Assembly: GCA_951406725.2 (NCBI GenBank)
Contig: OX597825.1
Location: forward strand, 13,950,001-14,014,000
Length of the DNA stretch: 64,000 nucleotides
Source of the DNA: Octopus vulgaris
Lineage: Eukaryota
Direction: 5' to 3'
The translations under genes and the position numbers were made by a program. Below the pieces are notes generated by a model. That model was not told the origin of the DNA, made no database searches, and was given only the letters and a program-made list of their open reading frames with translations. Below are positions 53,074-64,000 of the stretch, piece by piece. Positions within the stretch are counted from its first letter, which is position 1; the number at the start of each line of letters is the position of its first letter.

Positions 53074-53119
53074 CCACACCTGATGATGTGCGGAGATCAA
53101 ATTCATTGAAACAATGTGG
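53074..53119 (+). ncRNA. Degenerate hammerhead-like motif of a different family
   Basis: ccacac-CTGATGA-tgtgcggagatcaaattcatt-GAAA-caa-tgtgg; stem I ccaca/tgtgg; stem II weak, no clean NUH. Confidence 0.35.
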
Positions 53120-53276
53120 AGAATTTAAATATATCGCAATAGAGGAAGTTAACAGTCTGATTCAATGGCACCAATTGGGTGGAACCAAAATGACGATACC
53201 CAAAACACCTCGTACCCTACTTCATCCCATCCTTTCTGGTCTCTTCGAGTGTATTCTTACAATGAATATCTTTGAA

Positions 53277-53497
53277 CCCTTTATCGTTCAGATGATGCTC
53301 TCAAAATGTAATGTTAATTTATTCACATTGTTTTGAATTAATCATGCATCATCTTCTGGCTTATAGATTTTCATAGTGTGATCACTTATATTTAGAATGA
53401 CATTGTAGGATAGGTGTGACAAGCTAGATCTGGCCAGTTTGAACACGAAACTGGTAGAATATTTAGGGTGGATATGACCAGTTTGAATGCTAGAGGG
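53277..53497. mobile_element. piggyBac-type MITE, diverged
   Basis: Termini ccctttatcgttca / tgaatgctagaggg, TTAA-like flanks; same family as 18536-19057. Confidence 0.7.
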
Positions 53498-53694
53498 TTG
53501 AAGTCAATTATGATTATAGGTCTACTTGCTCAGGGCCGACTTGGAGCTAAATAGCAATTAATATGAGTCTTATAATATGATATTTGTGTATAAGCAGGCT
53601 GACTACAAATCCTAATAACCATATACAAGTATATACAGATAAACAAATATATATATATACATACACACACATACATATATACATATATACATAT

Positions 53695-53793
<99 letters not shown>

Positions 53794-54015
53794 CGTATAT
53801 ACATATATATACACATATATATACAGATATATACACACATATATATATAAACATATTTTCCTACTTATATATATTTATATATACATATATATTTGTATAC
53901 ACACACATGCAAACACATGCACAAACACTCACATACACGGTGGAATTTGAACTCAGAATGTTAAGTCAAATGAAATGACTCTAAGCATTTTGCCTCATAT
54001 GCCAGCCTGCTGCCC

Positions 54016-54067
<52 letters not shown>

Positions 54068-54186
54068 CATAACAAAATACAGATAATGGCGATGCCCCAG
54101 CATGTCCACAGCTCGTGAGCTGAAACTAGATAAAATAAAAAAATAAATAAAATTAAAAATAATGATAATGATGATGATGATAATTC

Positions 54187-54259
54187 TCATGATGGTATAT
54201 GGGGCTTCGTATATTTTGCCCCACTGACACTTTGATGGCATGTGCCACTCTCTCACTCA
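54187..54259 (+). mobile_element. Family E 3' tip
   Basis: gacactttgatggcatgtgccactctctcactc followed by (aat)n. Confidence 0.75.
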
Positions 54260-54333
<74 letters not shown>

Positions 54334-56707
54334 TGATGATGATGATTGGTTCACACTAGGTTCTAGCTTGTAATAGGTAGAAGCAAAAGCAACACAATAA
54401 CAACAATAACGACAACAACATCTTTTATTATTATTATTATTTTTTTTTTCTATGGAACTTTCTGCTTCCAGTTAATAAGTATCAAATGATTTCTTTTGGA
54501 TTTGCTGACAATACCATCATTATGCGAAGTGTTACAGTTAGATTCTATACCACTTTTGAACATTGTTCTCTAAGTCATAACATTAAGTGTAGAATGTCAT
54601 TTTCTATACAATACTTGGCATTTAAAATCCTCTTACATTATTTTTTTTTTTTTATAAGTAATTGTAGAATGTTTGAATGTGAGTCTCGCGTGTAGTTAAT
54701 CCGAAATATTTGAAAGTAACTTTACTAGTGAGTTTCAATGTGTCTTACAAATAACAAACAAACTGTTTGTTTATTGTGTTTATATTTTTCTATAAGTTGT
54801 ATTTTAACTGGAAAAGAAAAAGAAAAGAAAAAGAAATAAAAACTGAGGTGTAAATTTATACACAGAACAATGGTAAAACTATGAAGTGAAAATGTTTTGA
54901 ACCAAGATTTGACTTTAAATTTGAGGTGTGAATTATACACAAGTGAATATGGTGTGTGTATGTGTAATGCTATAGTTATGTAGAATAATATACTGTGCTT
55001 CAAGCCTCTGTGTCGATGATAAAAGAATTGCTACACTTCTTCAGCTGTTATAATTTTTTCAAACATTATATCATTCAAATAGAAACTTGAAGTGTTGTAT
55101 GTGAGTCTCTATAGCTGTATCATTCGCTGAATATTGTCCTTTATTAAAACAAATATTGAGGTCCGGCTCTTTTGCTGTCATTTGTGGTTTGTAAATATGT
55201 TTACAGCATATATACACATAATACACATACACACATATGTATATATGCACACATACACACACAGAGTACATATAGTCACGTAAATATTCATTAGTCTGAA
55301 AAAATAGGCACTCATATTTTTGCTAATAGAGTGGGTTATATATACAGAACTATGTATTTCTATGCTGTTTTCAATTCAAAACCATGCTTCCGTCGAACCC
55401 ATGCTAGCATGGAAAATGGACGATAAATGATGATGATGATGATGATGAATATAGAAAATGTTAATTCTCTGATTCAATTCAACATCATTAGAAGTATCAT
55501 CTACCACCTACTTTCTCAACCTTATTAGTGTTTCACAACTAATTTTCCATTTTGACTTCAGTGGGACAGGTGGCTTTCTTCTTTGTACATATCATTGCGA
55601 TATTTTATATTTGTAGCTGGATTCCCTTTCTTAATATTATCCATCTCTAAAACGTAAAACGAAAATAGAATTGAATGAGTTCTCTTCTATATGACTGCTA
55701 GATGCTTCTGGAAAATAACTTGGCTGCAGAGTTCACGAACGAACAAAACCTCACAGCTCAGCTCTATTTCATTTCGCACATGTATTTCAATCCTAAAGGG
55801 AGATCAATTTTTTATTGTATCAATAACAAAAATATATTTCTTTAATTTATTGCACAGTGAAATATAAAAGATAAAAAATACAAAAAAAAAAACAAAAATA
55901 AGGACCATAAATTTAAAAAAAAAATTATATATAAAATTCTCAAATATTTGCATTCTGTTCTTCCTGGTTAATGGCTTACAATTCATGAACTAGATTTTAC
56001 AGCATGAAGTAAAAAAAAAACAAAATTGACTTTAAATAAATGTATAGGTATATTTGTGTATAAGAGTCACGTATATTGAGATTTTAGTTATTTATCAGGA
56101 ACTCTGCCTCTCCATGTTTTCACTCCAACAACTTTAACATTTCATGCTTTGCATTTTCTATCCTTCACTTACTGCCATATACAGTACCACATTACCACAT
56201 TACCACAGTACCACAGTACCACAGTTTTGTAACTTCTTATATTACAGAATAAACAGCAAATGGATCTACACGTGTATATGTAAGCGTGTGTAGTGTGTCT
56301 TATATGATGATGTGTATGTATAATGTATGGGAATGTGTGATGCAAACAATGTATGTGTGCGTGTGCATTTGTGTGTGATGTATACAGTGTGTATGTGTAT
56401 TGTGCGGTGGTGTGTTTAATATAATGTGTTTGTTTTTACTATCCTTTTGTTTCCATCTAACGTAGTTCTTTCAGCATTTTATGCCTCTCCTATAAACCTA
56501 TATATTAGAAATTGGTGATTTCAAATTCTATGTTAAGTGTCAATATACTCAAACGTGAAAATATATAAAATTAGTGACTGTGTTTTTTGTGTGCAAAAGG
56601 AAGGGAAAAAAACAAAGAATTTGAAATCTGTGTACTTATATTGCTATGGAAAAGAGAGCATAATACTATTTGAAGAAAAATGCTTATTTGAAAATTTAAA
56701 AAAATAA

Positions 56708-56992
56708 GAGTGGCTGTGTGGTAAGTAGCTTGCTTACCAACCACATGGATCTGGGTTCAGTCCCACTGCGTGGTACCTTGGGCAAGTGTCTTCTACTTAG
56801 AATGTTTATTTGAAGATTTTAAAAAATTGGAGTGGCGGCTGTGTGGTAAGTAGCTTGCTTACCAACCACATGCTTCTAGGTTCAGTCCCACTGCATGACA
56901 ACTTGGGCAAAGTGTTTTCTACTATAGCCTCGGGCTGACCAAAGCTTTGCCAGTGGATTTGGTAGATGGAAACTGAAAGAAGCCTGTCGTAT
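56708..56992 (+). mobile_element. Two tandem family A SINE heads
   Basis: Head + core at 56708-56797 and 56830-56992. Confidence 0.88.
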
Positions 56993-57228
56993 ATAAGTGT
57001 ACATGGGTGTGTTTGGGTAAGTGTGTTGGTAGATGATGCTAGATGGACTTATGAAAGTGGCAAGTGTTTGTTATGACTTTAGGAAATTTGCTGTTCTAGA
57101 CAAATTGGCAGGAACATACGTGAAAATGTAAGAAACATTCTGGTAAATCTAGAACACAGTTGAGTTTTGAATACCACACACACAGGCACACAAACACACA
57201 CACACATGCATGCTTGCACACATGTATG

Positions 57229-57292
<64 letters not shown>

Positions 57293-57475
57293 GCATGTAT
57301 ATGTGAATGTCTATATATATATACATGTGTGTGTGTGTGTATGTGCATGAGTATTTGTGTGTGCATGTATTTATATGTATGTGTGTGTACATAGATGCGT
57401 GTGTATATGTATGTATATGTGTGTATATATATATATATATGGATATATACGTGTGTGTGTGTATATATATGTATG

Positions 57476-57526
<51 letters not shown>

Positions 57527-57565
57527 ATATATATGTGTGTGTGTGTGTGTGTATATATATGTATG

Positions 57566-57611
<46 letters not shown>

Positions 57612-57879
57612 GGTATGTAGAAAAATACAACATGGACAAGAACGTATAACTCTTAGAAGACGATACAATAAACACGGACAGGACATTCGAAACCCTCAGT
57701 CTTCAGTCAAGAACCGGATCATCGTAGTAATTTCGGCTGATTAATCTTGACATTACTAGATCACGGCCAGCCCTCCAAGAAAAACTAAGCAACGAGCATT
57801 AGAAAAACTAAGCTGGAAGCGTAGATTTCCTGGAAGAAGGCTCGAATGCATACGAACACCAGGACAGCAAAAGAGACAG

Positions 57880-57917
<38 letters not shown>

Positions 57918-58077
57918 AATAATGGAATACAGAAACATGAAATACAGAAGCATTAACGGTGAAAACAACAAGTGTCTTACGACTGATAACAAGCAAACAA
58001 ATATATATATATATATATAAGTGTGTGTGTGAGTGTATACATGTAAGTTTATATGTATATTTGTAGTATCAGGTGAT

Positions 58078-58368
58078 TCAGTCCTGACTCAGATTTATGG
58101 CTCTGAGACATGAATATCAACAGCGATATCAAATACGTTGATTTCAGAGATTTAATCACACGACACTACAAACATTCTTGAACATCAAGATGTACTGGCA
58201 AGAAAGAAATCGATGAGACTCAGAACCATCAATGACCAAAAAAACAAAAAAAATCAAGTCTAACAACTAGGACATGTAGCACACACTAAACACAAGAATG
58301 CCTAAATGTCCTGTTCTTTGAATTTATAGAAAGTCTGCTGCCAAAGGCTGCACCTAATAAAGTGCTTT
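58078..58368 (+). pseudogene. Heavily decayed RTE-clade LINE fragment
   Basis: VLTQIYGSET* (cf. LLYG.ETW), later LGHVAH and RMPK fragments in the expected order. Confidence 0.55.
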
Positions 58369-58433
58369 TGTGACACAGTCAACATCATGCTGTTATCCAA
58401 CAACAACCAATGACAGAGAAATATGGACTGTGG

Positions 58434-58552
58434 TCTTCTTCTTCTTCTTCTTCTTCTTCTTCTTCTTCTTCTTCTTCTTCTCCTTCTCCTTCTCCTCCTC
58501 CTCCTCCTCCTCCTCCTCCTCCTTCTTCTTCTTCTTCTTCTTCTTCTTCTTC
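58434..58552. repeat. (CTT)n/(CCT)n polypyrimidine microsatellite
   Basis: Direct reading. Confidence 0.95.
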
Positions 58553-58837
58553 CAACCGGGACTCACGCCATTAACCACAAAGAATAATCTCTAATTCGAG
58601 CCTACTCTAAGCTACTAAGAATGCGTGTGGCAAATGAAGATCCACCCATCACACGCGATAAACTGGCAGTTGCACGGGTGCGAAAGCTACATTGTTATCC
58701 TCATTCCGTAAACGGTGGCTTTTAACGGGTGGAGAGCTGAACCATCCTGGGGTACAGAGGATTTGCAATCTAGACTAGGGTCTGAAAGTTTACCACACCA
58801 TAGTGGGTTACACCATGGTTCCTTTGCTTTGTGGCAG

Positions 58838-59030
58838 AAGTAGGAAGAAAGAGTGAGAGAAAGTTGTGGTGAAAGAGTACAGCGGGGTTCACCACCCCTC
58901 CCTGCCGGAGCCTCATGGAGCTTAGGTGTTTTTGCTCAATAAACACTCACAATGCCTGGTCTGGGAATCGAAACTGCATTGTTACGACTGCGAGTTTGCT
59001 GCCCTAACCACTGGGCCATTGTGCTTCCAC
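58838..59030 (-). mobile_element. Family C variant SINE 5' part
   Basis: Reverse complement of the family C head; a family C 3' part lies at 59245-59383 (-). Confidence 0.82.
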
Positions 59031-59244
59031 TGGGCTGTGGTTGCTGAAGACATGTGAGGACTTGAAAGAAATGAAGCCAGCATGCTCTGCTGGATTTGCA
59101 ATGTCAGTATGCATGTGTGACAGAATGTAAGTGTTTTAAGAGAAAAAATATTGGGCATAAGAGTCATTGGAGGTAGTGTGGAAGAGAGAAGACCATGCTG
59201 GTATGGTCATATGATGCATATAGATGAAAACAGCTGTGTAAAGA
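59031..59244 (+). pseudogene. RTE-clade LINE ORF fragment (post-RT region)
   Basis: In frame WAVVAEDM*GLERNEASMLCWICNVSMHV*QNVSVLREKILGIRVIGGSVEERRPCWYGHMMHIDENSCVK, matching the RTE motif E..MLRW...RRL.W.GH..RM. Confidence 0.85.
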
Positions 59245-59893
59245 CGTTGTTTGTTCATTCTCAAGCCACGCCTGGCTCATAAGGGCCGGGTCCCAGTTTC
59301 CTTGGTGTATAGGTTCCCCACCTGATGGGACGCCGGCCCATCGCAGGTGAGCAGCAAGATGCAGGAAGAAAGATTGAGAGAAATTCTTTCTCTATCTTCT
59401 GGAATTGCTAACTGAATTATACATATGTGTGTAAATGGGTGTGTCTTAGTGACTGTGTGTGTGTGTATGAGTAATCTTTTAATCTAATTGAAATCTGACT
59501 TTGCTCAATCAAAGTGCAACACTATCATTTAGACAATGGCAAAGCCAGTTACCATAATATTAGTTGTGATTGTAAAGAGATCCATTTCCATGGCTAATTT
59601 GAAATAATATACATTCTATCCTTGTCTTCTCAGAAAATCTTATTCAAGTGTTCAGCTGTTTGTTGATGTGCTGTTAAATTTAGAACCAAACTGATGGCAT
59701 ATTTGTGTTGCTAATTGTTGAATGCTCAAGAATTTAACAAGAATATTATCATAAAATGTTTATCTGCTAAGCTTGTCAATTTGTTCTTATTTATATATCT
59801 ACTTCTATGCTTTTACGTTATTCATACCAGATCTTTCTCGATTCTTATTTGTACATGGTGCACATATCTAAGTAGCAATTCAGTTTTTCATTA

Positions 59894-60266
59894 GGTGCTG
59901 CCATGGCTGGGTGGTTAGAAAGCTTGCTTTGTATCCACATAATTTTGGGTTCAGTCTCAATGTGCAGCACCCCAGAGAGTATCTTCTACTATAAACCACA
60001 GGTTGACCAATGCCTTGTGAGGGAATTTGGTAGATGGGAAAACTGTGTGGAATCCCACCTTATATATTTGTGTTTTTGTGTGCGTGTTGGTGTTTGTTGG
60101 TTTGTTTGCATCCCTGTAACTTAGTGGTCTGGTAAAAGAGATTGATAGAATATTACCAGACTTAGAAAGGAAAATAAAGAATTGCAGTTGATTTGTTCAA
60201 CGAAACCCTTCAAGAAGGTACTCCAGCATGGCCTTAGCCAATGACTTAAGATAAAAAGATGAAAGA
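59894..60266 (+). mobile_element. Family A SINE, diverged
   Basis: Head, decayed core, tail ctccagcatggcc...aatgact. Confidence 0.75.
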
Positions 60267-60345
60267 CAAGTTCTTTTGAAATATTACAATTTTGTTAAAT
60301 AAATATCAATGCAATATTTCTTTTCTGTTATTTATTTATTTATTA

Positions 60346-60406
<61 letters not shown>

Positions 60407-60407
<1 letters not shown>

Positions 60408-60840
60408 GGTGGCAAGCTGGCAGATTTGTTAGCATGCTGGACGAAGTGCTAAGTGGTATTTTTACCATGGCTACATTCAAAGTTCAAATTCTGCCAAAAT
60501 CGACTTTGCCTTTCATCATTTCAGGGTAGATAAATCAAGCACCAGTTGTGTACTGGGGTTGATCTAATCGATTGGTCTACTCCCTCAAAATTTCGGGCCT
60601 TGTGCCTAGAGTAGAAAAGAATATTACTGTAACCAAAGGCAGAGAGCTGGCAGAATTGTTAGCATGCTGGGGGAAGTGCTTAGCAGTATTTTACCCTTCA
60701 CTACATTCAGAGTTAAAATTCCACTAAGGTCGACTTTGCCTTCCATCCTTTCAGGGTCAATAAATTAAGTACCAGTTGATCAAAATGACTGGCACCCTGC
60801 CCCCAAATTTCAGGCCTTGTCTCCACAGTAGAAAGGATTA
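60407..60840 (+). mobile_element. Two tandem family B SINEs
   Basis: Heads at 60407 and 60637, Meta-like cores, ggccttgt....agtagaaa tails. Confidence 0.88.
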
Positions 60841-60946
60841 TTATTTAATCTACATGTGCACAATGTCAGTAGGGCTATCCTGACCAGGGAGGTTCATGAA
60901 ATTGGTATTTGATACAAACTTTTACAAGTATTAATAATATCCAGGC

Positions 60947-61182
60947 CAGAGTTTCTCAACCCTTTTTAACCTATGGACCCCTTTGATTACTATTTTATTT
61001 AGGTTGGCCATCAAAACCATTTGATATTTTTAAAAGTTACATCATTTGTTTATAATTAAATATTAATAAGAATTGCATTAAAAAATTGTTAAAATATTTT
61101 GCATTTTGTAGAAATTTAACCAAATTATTACACATAAACTTTAACTACAAAATCTTAAATGGACCCCAGTTGAGAACCACCA
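60947..61182. mobile_element. hAT (Charlie-like) MITE, diverged
   Basis: TIRs cagagtttctcaac / gttgagaaccacca, subterminal atggacccc twice, 8-bp TSD-like atccaggc / gtcaaggc. Confidence 0.7.
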
Positions 61183-61782
61183 GTCAAGGCAGAAAGTATA
61201 TTGACTGTGCTGTAGCCTTAGAGAGAAAGAAAGGGGTTATATGGCAAAATAGAATCAGGGTGATAAGTTTTAAAGGAACGGATACATATGGTAGGGTTGT
61301 ATCTATGGGAAGAGACACAATGAAATAGTTTACCCCTGCATTGCTGGGTTGAAATACAAATAGATAAGTCAGTTTCTGCGTGAATATCATAGCTGTTTCT
61401 GTAGTGTGAAATCTCGTTAATTGAATTTGATTAATACTTAATATCTGTAAAGATAATTAGTGTTTTTGCTTCAGCTGAAGGTTGTGTTTGAAAAGATGTT
61501 GTTTATCTAGAAAGGTGAAATATATCCCCTTTGAGTTGATCCACTTAAGAACAAACTAACAGTCCCTAGTCAAATGTTCTAGGATTCAATCGCTAATATA
61601 GATTTCATATTTTGGCTCAAGGTCAACAGTTTTGCGGGAAGGGGTATGTCAATTATGTCAATCTTAGTGCTCAACTGAGATTTATTTTGTCGATGGTCAA
61701 TGCCAGTGCTGGCTAATTGATCCCATGCCGGTGGCACGTAAAAAGCACCGTTCAAGCATAGTCATTGCCAGTACTGCCTGAC

Positions 61783-61942
61783 AGGCTTCTTTCAGTTTCC
61801 GTCTACCAAATCCACTCATAAGGCTTTGGTCAGCCTGGAGCTATAGTAGAAGACACTTGCCCAAAGTGCCACACAGTGGGACTGAACCTGGAACCATGTG
61901 CTTCAGAAGCAAGCCTCTTATCACAAAACCATGTCTGTGCCA
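61783..61942 (-). mobile_element. Family A SINE 5' part
   Basis: ggcttctttcagtttccgtctaccaaatccactc...gaagacacttgcccaaagtgccac. Confidence 0.85.
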
Positions 61943-61948
61943 ATAGTG

Positions 61949-61992
<44 letters not shown>

Positions 61993-62052
61993 CATTATTA
62001 TTAGCATTAAGAATAAACATTACTTCTATTATTATTATTATTATTATTGTTA

Positions 62053-62270
62053 AGGTAGCAAGCTGGCGGAATTGTTAGCATGCTGGATGAAATGCTTAGC
62101 GCTATTTCACCTGTCGCTACATTCTGAGTTCCCATTCTACCAAGGTCAACTTTGCCTTTCATTCTTTCGGGGTCGATTAAATAAATACTAGTAACGTGCT
62201 GGGGTTGATGTAATCGACTTAATCCCTTCCTTACCAAATTTGAAGCCTTGTGCTTCCAGTAATAGGATTA
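62053..62270 (+). mobile_element. Family B SINE
   Basis: Head, Meta-like core, tail. Confidence 0.85.
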
Positions 62271-62282
62271 TCATCATCGTCA

Positions 62283-62313
<31 letters not shown>

Positions 62314-63287
62314 GAACGTTGATTGTATTCATTGTAGTTAAGGCAGCCGCTTCTTCAATGAAGAAATATCAACATACAAAAGTGCAGTGTGCATAAACCT
62401 TTGTTTCCCCTTACATATCTTTTTTTTTATCTAATAGTATTAAAAATAGCGTATTTGGAATGTCATCTCTTTGAAGTCTTTGATGTATTTCTTTGAAAAA
62501 AAATTTTCTCTTTATCTAATACGTTGGTTTGAAACTTAAAGCAGTCTTAAAACTAGCAAATGAAATTGAAAAAAGGAAAAAAAAAAAGCAAAAGAAATCT
62601 ATTTGTTCTTTGAAATCTTTTATTGCATTAATCACATGAAATTCAGAAAACTGTATTAATATTATTATCAATTAGATAAATCTTTCTAATTTAATAGAAG
62701 CAATAGATATATCACACAAGTAGGAAACAGAAAACTCAAGCCACAATGTTTTGAATTTACGTACAATACTTACTCTTAAAAAACCAAAAATTGTAAACTT
62801 TAATTAGAAAAGAAAAATATCTAAATTAGGAAAATAGTATTGAAAATGCATTCATAATTACAGAGTTTTCTCAATAAACACTCATATTATACTCTTTGTT
62901 ATTTTTCACTCTGTAGAAAACATTATTACTAGCGGCATCAACACATTCATAAATGCGCTTTTGTTTAAGCGAAGACAATTTTTTTCAGCTCCGTTAAGTA
63001 AACATTATTACTTATGATGTATATGCTATATATATATTGACAGAAATATGTATAACATATTGCTGTAGACTTTAAGAATCACAGAAATGAAATTTGGAAA
63101 TTTGGAACCAAGTTTTGAAAAATTTTGTTGTTGATTTGTTGTTGGGTCACCAGATAGCAAGACATTATACCCAATGTTTGTATGTCTTTATACTGGATGT
63201 TATTAGCTGAAAACATTGAGAAACATAAAGATAAGAATGGGGTAATATTGTCAAAGATATAATAAAATAATAATAATAATAATAATA

Positions 63288-63453
63288 AGGTCATGCGCTG
63301 TTTATCTCGATATGATATCACCATGTCGCGTACATATGATTGTGATGCATGTGTCTGGTGTACCCTTATCAGACAGTTAGTCATGATGGGTATACTGGGC
63401 TTCGTATATTTAACCCCTGTGTCACTTTGATGGCATGCACTGCTTTCTCACTC
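63288..63453 (+). mobile_element. Family E fragment within (AAT)n
   Basis: Collinear with the reverse complement of 50141-50280; AAT arrays on both sides. Confidence 0.78.
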
Positions 63454-63490
<37 letters not shown>

Positions 63491-63644
63491 CAATTTTCTT
63501 ATGGTTTGTTAAACATTCTGCAGAGCAACACTATGTACAAAACCAAATATATGGTACCCTAGGCATAACACTAACATGAACTTGAGGCCTCTGGGTGAGA
63601 CATGGAGCCAACTTGTAGAGATGTGAAGCAAAAGTCAAACATAA

Positions 63645-63676
<32 letters not shown>

Positions 63677-64000
63677 CAACAACAATAATGGGAAAATTTG
63701 TAACTTGAAATTGAACTAAATGCTTTATTATATCGATTGCATGTTAACCCGGAAACATTCTAGCAAAACTTGATAACGAGAATGACAAGAACCATATTTT
63801 GTGGAAACTATATACATATATATATATATGTTTATTTTATACATATATGTGTGTGTGCATGTATGTATGTGTGTATGTATGTATATACACACACATATAC
63901 AAATAAATACACATCATATACGATATCGATACTGTTTTATCAGAGATATATAGGATCATTTCATAAATCTTTGTAGTATGGGAGTGGCAACAGATAATAC

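Overview
AT-rich, microsatellite-saturated eukaryotic DNA with no supportable host protein-coding gene. Nearly all ORFs in the track are translations of (TA)n, (CA)n, (AAT)n or (CAT)n tracts, or are SINE read-through. The interspersed repeats resemble octopod cephalopod families (recognised from memory, not searched), so this is probably an Octopus intergenic or intronic region. It contains four abundant SINE-like families: A (tRNA head plus CORE-like domain), B (Meta-like domain), C (V-like domain) and D ((GAT)n-tailed). Also present are hAT and piggyBac-type MITEs, a non-autonomous Helitron, decayed RTE, R4/Dong and Tc1/mariner coding fragments, and a (CA)-rich minisatellite. The most interesting signal is a recurrent Penelope/retrozyme-like system. 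One part is a tRNA-headed element with an internal (AAT)n and a 3' module carrying a minimal type I hammerhead ribozyme (34960-35349; inverted double copy 42599-43055; remnant 41-126). The other part is several unrelated fold-back insertions, most beside (TA)n tracts, two of which have decayed hammerhead-like cores in their loops. Repeat boundaries were set by eye and are approximate.
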